From Oscillospiraceae bacterium (GTDB lineage: Bacteria > Bacillota > Clostridia > Oscillospirales > Acutalibacteraceae), in NCBI GenBank assembly GCA_015065865.1, contig SVPM01000003.1:4206-68205 (forward strand): DNA of 64,000 bases, in the 5' to 3' direction. The position numbers were made by a program, and so were the translations under genes. Shown here piece by piece: positions 1 through 9,390 of this stretch; position 1 is the first letter of the stretch, and every line of letters begins with the position of its first letter. The notes under the pieces are model-generated. The model did not search any database. It saw nothing but the letters and a program-made list of their open reading frames with translations, and was not told the DNA's origin.

Positions 1-398
1 TCATACCACTGAGTGGGCATCAGACGGAAGTACTGCTCACCGGTCTTCACGGCAGAATCCACGTAGTACTCCACCAACAGGGTAGCACTTTCGAGATTAT
101 TGCCGAGAAGGGCATCGGTGCCGATCCAGAAGCCTTGCCAGTCACTGACACCTTCTTCATTCTGGAGTTTCAGGCCGTAGCCATTGCCACCGGGGATCTC
201 GGTGGACACATACGGGTCAATGCCGGAAAGCTGCGCTTGTCGGCTGGCAGTGACCTCACCCGTCGCCTGGTCAACCGTGAGCCAGATGTACGGGGTGGGG
301 AGCTCGGCTTCCTCTGCCAACGAGACCAGCGCAATACCGCTGAAGCAAGTCAAAAGCAGAGAGAGTGCGAGCACCCACGACAAAATTTTCTTTGCCAT
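1..398 (-). CDS. Secreted protein, N-terminal fragment (gene continues past the left window edge); paralog of the repeat modules of the next gene
   Basis: My own minus-strand translation from ATG 398..396 (AAGGAAAGGAAG ends 8 nt upstream) gives MAKKILSWVLALSLLLTCFSGIALVSLAEEAELPTPYIWLTVDQ...ESATLLVEYYVDSAVKTGEQYFRLMPTQWY. The N-terminus looks like a signal peptide. The frame stays open to position 1, so it is absent from the ORF track. LLVEYYVD resembles AVEYYIN/TVEYYLP/SVEYYVP in 727..5193. Confidence 0.6.
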   Translation of the reverse strand, partial: MAKKILSWVLALSLLLTCFSGIALVSLAEEAELPTPYIWLTVDQATGEVTASRQAQLSGIDPYVSTEIPGGNGYGLKLQNEEGVSDWQGFWIGTDALLGNNLESATLLVEYYVDSAVKTGEQYFRLMPTQWY

Positions 399-683
399 TT
401 GGGAATCTTCCTTTCCTTAAAATATTTTCCATAAGTGTCAACACGAGGCACTTACAGTTGTACACATTCTAACAGAAAGCACAGCAAAACGCAAGAAATA
501 TAAATGATTTTTCCCGTCCAACCCCCATTTTCAGCAAATGTGCTATATCAAGCAGGAGATTTTTGGAAGTTTTGACAAGAACCTGTGTGAGCATGTTACA
601 GGAATACAAAACGCAAAAAGGGGACCGCACGGCCGAAAAGGCCGGCGATCCCCTTCGTAACGAACGTCTGTTCCAAAGGCAAA

Positions 684-717
684 ACAAGCGGCAAGCGATC
701 GCTCGCTTGCCGCTTGT
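684..717 (-). terminator. Rho-independent terminator after the 727..5193 gene
   Basis: Perfect 34-nt palindrome ACAAGCGGCAAGCGATCGCTCGCTTGCCGCTTGT beginning 10 nt past the stop codon. On the minus strand it is followed by TTTGCCTTTGG. Confidence 0.6.
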
Positions 718-726
718 TAAAATCGT

Positions 727-3700
727 TTAGGATATCGGGAATTTGTCGATCTTCCGCACAGCGTATTGCAGAATCAAACGGGCATCGGTGGAGTTCACCG
801 CGCCGTTGCCGTCCACGTCCGCCATTTCCAAATCCACCTCAGCGGGGTCGATCTTTCTGACCGCAAACTGAAGGACCAAGCGGGCGTCGGTAGAATCGAT
901 CAACGCATCGCCGTTCACGTCGCCGAGTTCGGGGACGAACTCCAGACGGGTGACCAACTTTTCGCCGCAGACGGTACAGGTCTTGGTAAATTCGCCGTAT
1001 TCGTTCTTGGTGGCGATCTTGGTCACTTCGCCCTCATCCCACGTATGGGGAAGTTTGGTGATCACGTTACCGGGCTTGGCAATGTGTTCACATTCTTTGC
1101 ACCACAGATCGCCCGTGTTGCCCTCTTCTTCACAAGTGGGGGCTTTCACGTTGATGATCTCGGTTTCATGTTTGGGAATCGCCTCGCCGACACCTTCGGG
1201 TGCGACGTAGCCGCAGTCGATACACGCTTGATCGCCCGTGTAACCTGCCGCAAAACAGGTTGCCTCCACATTGCCGACCAGTGCGGTGCCGCAAGCGTGG
1301 TCGCAATCGACCAGCGCGAGTGCCGCTTCTTCCAGTTTCGCCACGGCGGCGGCAATTTCTTCTTCGGTTGCCCACGCGTCGGCAATAACCTCCTGCACTT
1401 CGGCGACAACGGCGTTGTACGTTTCGACCGAATCGGGAGTCTTAAACTTGGTGATCTCCGCACCCTGTGCCACCAAGTCTTGCAACGCCGATTTATCCTT
1501 AACAACAAACACTTCGATGCGGGCAATGTCGTCCACGATCGGGTCGGTCGGGTCGTTGGACAGACGGAAAGAGGCTTTGCCGTTCAAGCCGTTGGTGAAA
1601 GCCGCGTCGTCAAACACGCCTTCGGCCACACCGTCCACGATCTCCAACGTGGTGTAGGTCCACGGTGCGGCAGTCTGGTATGCAAAGGAGAACTCTTCAC
1701 GCTCCACGCCCTCTTTGAAGTAGAAGCGCATCGCGACCGCCTGTGTATCCTTATCGGCAGGTTTGAGCGCATCGGTCACGGTGTAGTAAACGTACACGAT
1801 CTCGGTGCCGTCGGGTCGGAACCCTTCGGAGATCTGGTTGCCCGTGATACCGTATGCCTGCCCCTTTTCCGCATACTGCGGATAGTAGACGGGGCTTGCC
1901 ACGAACTCGGTCGTATAGTCGATGAATTCCAAGGACGTATCGATTTCCTGCTTGCTGTAATCCTTCGCATCGTAGACGGTGATCGACTTGATGTAGACCA
2001 CCGATTCGGGCGCGGTTTCATCCACATCTTCGGTAGCGGGATCGTCCTCCGCCGCACGCTGGACCGACCAGCCGCGCAACAAAATGTTGCCGCCGTTGAC
2101 CAGATCCTTTGCAAATTCAAGGGTGTTTACCGTCTGCGGTTCTTCGAACTTATTGCCCGCGCCGAATTGGCCAACGGCACCGGTGACATAGTCAACATCA
2201 CGGCCGACGGTGAACGTCGCCACGTTCAGCTTATCGCGGGAGAGCGGGGAGCCGGCGTTGACCGCCACGGCATCCCACGTGCTACCGCTGTAGTTGGTGT
2301 ACAGTGCCATGATCTTATTGGCCCCGTTCTCGCCGTCAAAGACAATGCGGGTATCGGTGCGAGTGGCAGCGGGAACGTAGTATTCCACCGAGATCGCAAA
2401 CTCTTGACCGTCCAGCACGTTTTGCTCGGTGAAGCGGCCGAACTCGCTGAGATTCAGCACCAAGCCGGAGTTGTGATGATCGAGTTTCAGGCCGTAGGCA
2501 TCGGTGCCGGGGATCTGCACGGGAACGAGCGAAGTGTTGCCGTCGATAGGACGGATACCCGCAACCGACTGCTTCTTCAACGTACCGTCGGAGAAATCGA
2601 TCTGTGCGTAGTCGCCGAGCAACGCCAGTTCTTCGCCCTTTTTGAACAATTTGCCGCAGTGCGCGCAAACCAGATCGCCGGAATAACCGGCCTCATCGTA
2701 AGTCGATTCCACGCGGCCGACCCACACGAGGTTCTTGTTCGCTTCGGTAAACTGATCGTGATAAGCCTCGCACTCACCGCGCAGATCATACACACGAACA
2801 GTCGCAATCTCGCTCAGATCGTCCGTTTCTTTGAGCGTGTAGGTATAGCCCTCTTCCTCGCTGCCCGCTTGCTCATAGTGAATGTCGCGCAGACGAATGG
2901 AAGATTGTTCGTTCAAGGTGTTGAAGAACACCGCATCGAGCAAATCCTTCTCGTAGCGACCGTTTTCATCAAACGTAACGTCGTTGGCGGCGCTCCACGT
3001 TGCGGCGGGACCGCCGATCTGATACTGGTAATTCATGCCGGTGGCATCGCTGCCCTCTTTGCGCTCGATCACCAATTTCACGGGAGTGGGCTTGATATCG
3101 TCCGCCGAGGCCAGCAGTTCCGCAGGAACTTTCACATAGGTGTAATTGAAGCGGAGATATTCTTCCGCGGTATCCTCTTTATAGTATTCCAAAGTGTTGG
3201 CGGTAGCAGTAAGACCGTGTCCTGCCATCGTGAGATACGTGGGATAGTAGGGGTTGGTTGCCACACCTTCAAAATCGACGTAGTAGTGATCGGTTGCACC
3301 TTCAACCGTGCCCAGTTCCGCCGCGTTGAACACAGTGAGCGACTTGATGTAGATGGGGGCACCTTCCGATACTTTGTTACCCCAGCCGTACAGCGTAACT
3401 TCGCCGCCGTTCACCAACGTCTTGGCAAAGGTAAGGGTCTCCACATCCACCGGTTCGGTGATCTTGTCTTCCTCTTTGCCGCTCCACTGGCCGGCAGGGG
3501 CGTGATACGTGATGTCCTTACCCACCGTAAAAGTGGCAAGCGCATCTTTACCGGTCGTAAGGCCGACACCTTGGTTGACACAAACGGAATCCCAGCACGT
3601 GCCGCCCCACGATTTGTAGAATGCCATATTCTTCGAACCCGCCGAGGCAAACGCGATACGGGTCGCGGCTTCGTCTTGATGCACGGCAGGGAGATAATAC

Positions 3701-5193
3701 TCCACCGTCACGGCGAGGTTGATGTTATCGAGAAGGTGCGCCTCATCGATCGCAAACGCCGCCTCGTCCAGTGCAAACTTGAAACTGCCGTTGTGCTGGT
3801 AGATAGCCAGCGCATATTCGTCGCTGTTCGGCAACTGCTCGATCCTCGTAGAAGCCGACGAGGGGGCCAGCAACTTAACCGACGAGGTCTGTGCCGTGCC
3901 GCTCGTGAAGTCGATCTGTGCATAGACCTTACCCTGCGGGATAACTTGATCTTCTGCGATCGTCACACCGCAGGTGTTACAGACCATCGTACCGGTGTTA
4001 CCCTCGGATTCCAACGTGGGAGCCTGATACCCTTCGGTGGTCACTTCCCACGCCTTTTCCACACGCCACGCGTGCATAGCCGCCACCACTTCGGCGGTTG
4101 TCTCTTCCGTGCCGCAATAGGTGGCAAGATCGTACACTTCCACGCGGGCGATCTTTTGGGCATCCGTCATCCGCACGCGGAAAGATCCGTGACCGGCGCC
4201 GTTGCGGAGATATGCCGCGGGAATGACCGCGCCGCCCACGCCGTCGGTAACGGCGGCGGCAACAGAAGCCGCGTTCTTGATCAACGTATTGTGAGTAGCC
4301 GCCATTTGGCCGTCTTCTTTTTTCTCGCCGTAAATTTGATAGGAATCAATAGCGATCGTGGTACTCTCGTGCCCTTCTTTGGTGAAGAAACGCACGTACA
4401 CGGGTTTGTTCACGTTCTCTTCCTTGCCCCACGCCGGCGCATCGGCGGTCAGGCTGAAATAACGATACCCCTCAAAACCCTCCGGCACACCGACTTCATG
4501 ATCGGCGTAAGAAAGCTGATACGCATCCGCGCTCTGTGCCGAAGCATAATCGGGATAGTAGGGGCAGGAAACGGCGTTTTCAAAGTCATAGTAGGAGTAC
4601 GGGACTTCCTCCACGCCGCCGGTATAGGCGGAATTCAAGATCTTGACACCCGTGATGTACAACTTATTCACGGCCTCGCCCAAGACCTTCACGCGCAAGC
4701 GAGTATCCGAACCGCGGATCGCATCCACGCCCGCGGACGAGAGAGTGTAAAACACCACGCCGCGCTCGCCGACCGGCAGGTTGGCATACCGCATTTCGCC
4801 GTTCTTAGCATCGGTCACCAACAGCAGGTCACCCGCCAGCGCGGTTTCGCTGTTGATGTAATATTCCACCGCGTAGGTAACGCCGGTGTTTGCGGGAACG
4901 GCGTCCAAAAGATTGCCGCCGAAATACAAACCGCGACCGCTTTGATTGGTCGTGATACCGTAAAGTCCGGTGGAGCCGATGGTGTCACCTTTCGGAATAT
5001 TGGTGTTGGTTTCGGCCGCCAGAATGTAACGCACCACGCCGATATCTTTCCGCGTAGCACCGTTGTTGCCGCCGAAATCAAAATACCCGAACGGTGCGGG
5101 CAGTTCATCCGCTGCTGTAAACAACGTAATGCCGCTGATGCAAGACAGCAACAACGCGATGCTCAGCACCAGTGACAACAAGCGTTTGGTCAT
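727..5193 (-). CDS. Large secreted multi-repeat protein with C-terminal type I dockerin (1488 aa)
   Basis: AAGGAGG lies 7 nt upstream of the ATG. Signal peptide MTKRLLSLVLSIALLLSCISGITLFTAA. The C-terminus carries the duplicated dockerin segment DVNGDALIDSTDARLVLQFAVRKI / DVDGNGAVNSTDARLILQYAVRKI. The body is three copies of a two-part module of about 450 aa with recurring GxxGDxxCxxCG-type Cys knuckles. The 1469-aa plus-strand ORF 766..5175 is its antisense shadow. Confidence 0.85.
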   Translation of the reverse strand: MTKRLLSLVLSIALLLSCISGITLFTAADELPAPFGYFDFGGNNGATRKDIGVVRYILAAETNTNIPKGDTIGSTGLYGITTNQSGRGLYFGGNLLDAVPANTGVTYAVEYYINSETALAGDLLLVTDAKNGEMRYANLPVGERGVVFYTLSSAGVDAIRGSDTRLRVKVLGEAVNKLYITGVKILNSAYTGGVEEVPYSYYDFENAVSCPYYPDYASAQSADAYQLSYADHEVGVPEGFEGYRYFSLTADAPAWGKEENVNKPVYVRFFTKEGHESTTIAIDSYQIYGEKKEDGQMAATHNTLIKNAASVAAAVTDGVGGAVIPAAYLRNGAGHGSFRVRMTDAQKIARVEVYDLATYCGTEETTAEVVAAMHAWRVEKAWEVTTEGYQAPTLESEGNTGTMVCNTCGVTIAEDQVIPQGKVYAQIDFTSGTAQTSSVKLLAPSSASTRIEQLPNSDEYALAIYQHNGSFKFALDEAAFAIDEAHLLDNINLAVTVEYYLPAVHQDEAATRIAFASAGSKNMAFYKSWGGTCWDSVCVNQGVGLTTGKDALATFTVGKDITYHAPAGQWSGKEEDKITEPVDVETLTFAKTLVNGGEVTLYGWGNKVSEGAPIYIKSLTVFNAAELGTVEGATDHYYVDFEGVATNPYYPTYLTMAGHGLTATANTLEYYKEDTAEEYLRFNYTYVKVPAELLASADDIKPTPVKLVIERKEGSDATGMNYQYQIGGPAATWSAANDVTFDENGRYEKDLLDAVFFNTLNEQSSIRLRDIHYEQAGSEEEGYTYTLKETDDLSEIATVRVYDLRGECEAYHDQFTEANKNLVWVGRVESTYDEAGYSGDLVCAHCGKLFKKGEELALLGDYAQIDFSDGTLKKQSVAGIRPIDGNTSLVPVQIPGTDAYGLKLDHHNSGLVLNLSEFGRFTEQNVLDGQEFAISVEYYVPAATRTDTRIVFDGENGANKIMALYTNYSGSTWDAVAVNAGSPLSRDKLNVATFTVGRDVDYVTGAVGQFGAGNKFEEPQTVNTLEFAKDLVNGGNILLRGWSVQRAAEDDPATEDVDETAPESVVYIKSITVYDAKDYSKQEIDTSLEFIDYTTEFVASPVYYPQYAEKGQAYGITGNQISEGFRPDGTEIVYVYYTVTDALKPADKDTQAVAMRFYFKEGVEREEFSFAYQTAAPWTYTTLEIVDGVAEGVFDDAAFTNGLNGKASFRLSNDPTDPIVDDIARIEVFVVKDKSALQDLVAQGAEITKFKTPDSVETYNAVVAEVQEVIADAWATEEEIAAAVAKLEEAALALVDCDHACGTALVGNVEATCFAAGYTGDQACIDCGYVAPEGVGEAIPKHETEIINVKAPTCEEEGNTGDLWCKECEHIAKPGNVITKLPHTWDEGEVTKIATKNEYGEFTKTCTVCGEKLVTRLEFVPELGDVNGDALIDSTDARLVLQFAVRKIDPAEVDLEMADVDGNGAVNSTDARLILQYAVRKIDKFPIS

Positions 5194-5347
5194 AACTTCT
5201 CCTCCTTACAACAAGAGTCCTTCTCCTGCGCCTTATTAGTGGTAATATTATACCCCTTCTTGCGCGTGTTTGTCAATCGCATTTTTCTGCTTTTGTGCAA
5301 AATAATGTGCAGGTTTTTTTGATTTTGTGCATTTCGCGCACAAAATC

Positions 5348-5382
5348 AAAAAAGACCGTTACGGCGGTAACGGTCCTTTTTT
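5348..5382 (-). terminator. Rho-independent terminator after prs
   Basis: GACCGTTA-CGGCGG-TAACGGTC hairpin flanked by an A-run and a T-run. On the minus strand the stem is followed by TTTTTTG, 5 nt past the prs stop. Confidence 0.65.
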
Positions 5383-5386
5383 CGAT

Positions 5387-6532
5387 TTATTTGCGATCGG
5401 CCAACAGTTGACGGATCTTTTCGTGCGGATCGATGATCACACTGGCGGACATATCGTGGTTGAGCGCCGCAATGATGTACGCAATGTACTTGGACACGTC
5501 CACATCGTGGAACCACGGACGGGCCAGCAATTCGGGCGTGCGGTAGGTCAAGTTGGTGCCGAACACGCCGTCAATGATACCGTCGGCATACGCTTTATCG
5601 AACGTATCCAAGCCGTTGGTGAAGATGGCGTAGGTGGCATAGGTGAAGATGCGTTTTGCATTGCGCTTTTTCAGTTCATATGCAATATCCAACATCGATT
5701 CACCCGAAGAAATGATGTCGTCTGCAATAAAGACGTCCTTACCCTCCACCGAGTTGCCGAGATACTCATGGGCGACGATGGGGTTGCGGCCGTTGACGAT
5801 GCGGGAATAATCACGGCGTTTGTAGAACATACCGAGATCCACACCGAGCACCGAAGAATAGTACATATTGCGGTTCATTGCACCCTCATCGGGGCTGATG
5901 ATGGTGAGGTGGTCGCGATCCGCCTTCAGATCGGGGAACGCGCGGAACAGGCATTTCAGCACCTGATAGGTGGGCATCACGTTATCAAAACCCATCAGCG
6001 GCACCGCGTTTTGCACGCGGGGATCGTGTGCATCAAACGTGAGAATATTCTCCACACCCATCGCCTGCAACTCCTGCAACGCCCATGCACAGTCGAGCGA
6101 TTCACGATAACTGCGGCGGTGTTGACGGCCGCCGTACAACAGCGGCATCACCACGTTGATGCGGTGCGCCTTACCGCCCGCCGCTTGGATGATACGCTTG
6201 AGGTCTTGGAAATGATCGTCCGGCGACATCGCGTTTTTGCGGCCGAACAGTTTATAATCGCAATCGTAGTTGCCCACGTCAATGATGATATACAGGTCGT
6301 CGCCGCGGATACTGCTCTTGATGATACCCTTGCCGTCACCCGACGAGAAACGCGGACAATCCGACTCCACAATAAAGGTATCCTCCGAATAAAAACTGCC
6401 CGCCGCCCAGTTGGTGAGATAGTGGTTGATCTTTTCGGTCAACTCTTCCGTCCCGCGCATGGGAAGCAGACGAAGGGGGGCTACCCGACTTTCCGAATGA
6501 AAAATATTTTCGCTGGTGATGATCTCCGACAA
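5387..6532 (-). CDS. prs: Ribose-phosphate pyrophosphokinase (long-form PRPP synthetase)
   Basis: 381-aa ORF with the PRPP-binding loop KDVFIADDIISSGESMLD and overall Prs-like layout. Apparent TTG start at 6532 with GAGG 7 nt upstream (the next in-frame ATG is codon 25, inside conserved sequence). Confidence 0.8.
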   Translation of the reverse strand: MSEIITSENIFHSESRVAPLRLLPMRGTEELTEKINHYLTNWAAGSFYSEDTFIVESDCPRFSSGDGKGIIKSSIRGDDLYIIIDVGNYDCDYKLFGRKNAMSPDDHFQDLKRIIQAAGGKAHRINVVMPLLYGGRQHRRSYRESLDCAWALQELQAMGVENILTFDAHDPRVQNAVPLMGFDNVMPTYQVLKCLFRAFPDLKADRDHLTIISPDEGAMNRNMYYSSVLGVDLGMFYKRRDYSRIVNGRNPIVAHEYLGNSVEGKDVFIADDIISSGESMLDIAYELKKRNAKRIFTYATYAIFTNGLDTFDKAYADGIIDGVFGTNLTYRTPELLARPWFHDVDVSKYIAYIIAALNHDMSASVIIDPHEKIRQLLADRK

Positions 6533-6695
6533 AACGACCGCCTCATTTCTTATGTAATGCTTTCATTTCGCCTTTAGTGTACCACAAATCGACACGCTTG
6601 TAAAGGTAACAAATGCGAAAATTTTCAAAAAGGTATAGACAATTTTTACACGGATATTATATACTGTTACCATCACAACAAGAAGAGGTGTGAAA

Positions 6696-7937
6696 ATGCA
6701 GGAGCAGGAAATTATACGCGAACGGGTACTGCTGTGTGCAGTGGACACGGGCGCTTACGATATGGAGATCGCACTGGCGGAGCTGCGGGAACTGGTGAAC
6801 ACGGCGGGCGGTGACGTGGCGGCGATCGTCACGCAGAAACGCGAAAATCCCGATCGCGGCAGTTATCTCGGCAGCGGACGTATTGCCGAAACGGCGGAGA
6901 TCTGCGAAAACAGCGATATCGACTTGGTAGTGGTGGACGACGAACTCACCTCGATCCAACAGCGCAATTTGGAAGATGCGCTCCCCTGCCGCGTGATCGA
7001 CCGCACCATGCTGATACTGGATATTTTTGCCGCGCGCGCACGGTCGTCCGAAGGGCGATTGCAGGTGGAACTGGCCCAGTTGCAGTACCGCCTGCCCCGT
7101 CTGCTCGGACAGGGCGGTGCGCTCTCGCGACTGGGCGGCGGTATCGGCACACGCGGCCCCGGCGAAACCAAACTGGAAAGTGACCGCCGCCACATTCGCC
7201 GCCGTATCGGCGCTTTGAAGGCGGAACTCGAGGAAGTGGAACGCCGCCGCGAAGAACACCGCGCACGTCGCCGCAAAGACGGTTACTGTGCGGTTGCCAT
7301 CGTGGGGTACACCAACGCGGGGAAATCCACCCTGCTGAATGCGCTGACCGATGCGGACGTGTTGGCGGAAGACAAATTGTTTGCGACACTGGATCCTACG
7401 GTGCGCGCACTGCGCCTGCCGGACGGGCGGACGGTCATGCTGTCGGACACGGTCGGTTTCGTGCGCCGTCTGCCGCACCATTTGGTGCGTGCGTTCCGCT
7501 CGACGTTGGAAGAAGCGGTCGGCGCCGATGTCATTTTGAACGTATGTGACGCCTCGAGCGAAGAGGCGGAAGAACACTTGGCGGTCACCCGCTCGCTGCT
7601 TTCAGAACTCGGGTGCGGCGACACCCCGCAGATCACCGTGTTTAACAAGTGCGACCGTGTCAGCACCCTGCCCGAGACCGAGGGTGCTTCGGTGTGCATC
7701 AGTGCCAAGGAACGCATTGGTTTTGACCGCTTACTCGAAGCCATCATCGCGGCGTTGCCCCCCGACCGCCGCCGCGTTACCCTGTTGCTTCCTTTCTCAA
7801 AAGGCGCCTTGGCGGAGGAATGCCGCCGCGACGGCGCGGTGGAATCGGAAGAATGGGTGGCGGACGGCCTGCGTATGACCGTAACGCTGGGCGCACGCCT
7901 CTTAAATCTGACCGAGGTGTATCAAGTTGAAGAATGA
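6696..7937 (+). CDS. hflX: GTPase HflX
   Basis: G1 GYTNAGKSTLLNALT, G3 DTVGF, G4 NKCD, preceded by an HflX-type N-terminal domain. ATG 6696 has AGAAGAGG 7 nt upstream. The track ORF starts two codons earlier at GTG 6690. Confidence 0.9.
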   Translation: MQEQEIIRERVLLCAVDTGAYDMEIALAELRELVNTAGGDVAAIVTQKRENPDRGSYLGSGRIAETAEICENSDIDLVVVDDELTSIQQRNLEDALPCRVIDRTMLILDIFAARARSSEGRLQVELAQLQYRLPRLLGQGGALSRLGGGIGTRGPGETKLESDRRHIRRRIGALKAELEEVERRREEHRARRRKDGYCAVAIVGYTNAGKSTLLNALTDADVLAEDKLFATLDPTVRALRLPDGRTVMLSDTVGFVRRLPHHLVRAFRSTLEEAVGADVILNVCDASSEEAEEHLAVTRSLLSELGCGDTPQITVFNKCDRVSTLPETEGASVCISAKERIGFDRLLEAIIAALPPDRRRVTLLLPFSKGALAEECRRDGAVESEEWVADGLRMTVTLGARLLNLTEVYQVEE

Positions 7938-8685
7938 TGTAAAAAAAGAGCGCATCGCCCTATTGGACGAGGTGCGCGGTTTATGCGTAGTTTTAATGGT
8001 GATCTATCACGGGCTGTTCACGCTGGGGTGGTATAACGATATCGAGATCTGCCGCCAACTGTTCCGCTTTTTTATGCCGGTGGAACCGTTTTTTGCAGGT
8101 GTGTTCATTTTCCTGTGCGGGCTGTGTTGCACCCTTTCCCGCAGTAACGTAAAACGCGGTGCCCTGCTCGCCGTTGTGGCGGTGGGTGTTTCGGTGGTAA
8201 TGGCGGTCGGATTCCCCGAAAACGCCATCTGGTTCGGCGTGCTGCACCTGCTGGCTACCTGCATTCTGCTGTACGCTTTGCTTCACCGCGTCATTGCCCG
8301 CGTGCCGGGGTGGCTCGGTGCGGCAATATGTGCCGCACTGCTGTTTCTCTGTTGGAATCTGCCGGTACAATACGCCAACGGCTTTTTCGGCATCCGCGGC
8401 GTGTGGGAGATTGCCGTCCCCTACCGCGTGGTGCAGTGTGAGTGGTTGTATCCGCTCGGCCTCGGGCGCATCGGCGGCACCCAAGGGGATTACTTCCCGC
8501 TGTTGCCGTGGATCTTCTGTTTCTTTGGGGGCAGTTTTTTGGGGAGATACGTCCATCGGCTCCCTGCCGCTTTGAAACGTTCGCACCTGCCCCCGCTCGC
8601 GTTTGTCGGGCGGCACGCACTGATATTCTACGTCGTGCATCAGCCGATCATTTACGGTGTCGGAACGTTGGCAGCAATGATCTAA
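7927..8685 (+). CDS. Polytopic membrane protein, DUF1624 / heparan-alpha-glucosaminide N-acetyltransferase-like (tentative)
   Basis: 252 aa and strongly hydrophobic, with about 7-8 predicted TM segments. N-terminal LDEVRGLCVVLMVIYH motif. TTG start with GAGGTG 7 nt upstream, overlapping the hflX stop. The 3' end overlaps the convergent gene 8648..9010 by 38 nt. Confidence 0.5.
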   Translation: MKNDVKKERIALLDEVRGLCVVLMVIYHGLFTLGWYNDIEICRQLFRFFMPVEPFFAGVFIFLCGLCCTLSRSNVKRGALLAVVAVGVSVVMAVGFPENAIWFGVLHLLATCILLYALLHRVIARVPGWLGAAICAALLFLCWNLPVQYANGFFGIRGVWEIAVPYRVVQCEWLYPLGLGRIGGTQGDYFPLLPWIFCFFGGSFLGRYVHRLPAALKRSHLPPLAFVGRHALIFYVVHQPIIYGVGTLAAMI

Positions 8686-9010
8686 TGCCGATATAAATGA
8701 GCATCACGCCGAAACCGCGGCGAAGCCAATCGGTGGGCAGATACACCGTGCCCCACGCGGCAAGTGCGGCGGTGACCGCGCCGCCGAGTGCGGCAGGCCA
8801 CACCTGCCGCCATTTCACCGTGTGGTGGCGAAAATGCAAGAACAACGCCACGGGTGAGCACAGTATAAAATATAACAAATTTATTCCTGCCGCCGTGCGT
8901 TGGGCCACCCCGACCACGGCGGTCAAATATAACAGCAATAACGTGCCGCCGCCGACACCGCATCCGCTGATGAACCCTGCCGCCGCACCGACCAACAATT
9001 CTATGATCAC
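8648..9010 (-). CDS. TauE/SafE-family anion exporter, half-size subunit (second of a pair)
   Basis: C-terminal 120 codons of track ORF 8648..9262: (V)IIELLVGAAAGFISGCGVGGGTLLLLYL..., with 4 hydrophobic segments and the Gly-rich TauE signature. GTG 9010..9008 overlaps the TGA of the upstream gene (GTGA). The upstream part of the 204-aa track ORF is Arg/Gly-rich out-of-frame overlap with 9007..9390 and was rejected. Confidence 0.6.
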   Translation of the reverse strand: MIIELLVGAAAGFISGCGVGGGTLLLLYLTAVVGVAQRTAAGINLLYFILCSPVALFLHFRHHTVKWRQVWPAALGGAVTAALAAWGTVYLPTDWLRRGFGVMLIYIGIRSLLPTFRHRK

Positions 9011-9390
9011 AGTAACAACACCGCCTTTACCCCGCCGTACAGCAAGAAGCCGGCCATCGCCCAGCGCAGCCACTGCACGGGAATGCGGCGAAACAAGATT
9101 CCCGCCAACCCACCGCCGACCACACCGCCCAAAAGATACCAACCCATGTCCGCTACCACCAAACCGCCGCGCAAAAAATACACGGTGAGCGACACCATGG
9201 AGATCGGCACCATCACGGCGAGCGAGGTGGCATAGGCATTCTTTTCGGGCAATTTGAGCCATCCGATAAGCAACGGCACGGCGATCAACCCGCCGCCCGC
9301 ACCAAACAGGCCGTTTGCCGTTCCCGCAGCAGCTCCCACCACCAACAGCTTGCCGATATCACGGGCGGCTGTTTTTTTGTTTTCCACCAT
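9007..9390 (-). CDS. TauE/SafE-family anion exporter, half-size subunit (first of a pair)
   Basis: MVENKKTAARDIGKLLVVGAAAGTANGLFGAGGGLIAVPLL..., with 4 hydrophobic segments. ATG 9390 is preceded by AAAGGAG at 6 nt. The track start at 9408 is a TTG inside the RBS region. Confidence 0.65.
   Translation of the reverse strand: MVENKKTAARDIGKLLVVGAAAGTANGLFGAGGGLIAVPLLIGWLKLPEKNAYATSLAVMVPISMVSLTVYFLRGGLVVADMGWYLLGGVVGGGLAGILFRRIPVQWLRWAMAGFLLYGGVKAVLLL

Noticed and set aside
766-5175. A 1469-aa plus-strand ORF, together with many other very long ORFs antisense to annotated genes. Examples: 5327..6577, 6657..7577, 10891..12081, 13563..14774, 18372..19295, 20579..22582, 31159..32736, 33991..34980, 41101..42168, 43532..44965, 44520..46061, 46269..47825, 48030..49127, 52203..53234.
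   Set aside because: These are typical high-GC shadow ORFs. They are rich in Arg/Gly/His/Val and lack RBSs. The opposite strand in each case encodes a protein with unmistakable conserved motifs (dockerin, Prs, HflX, GH2, GH31, Fhs, PurF, Fba, NusA, IF-2 and others).
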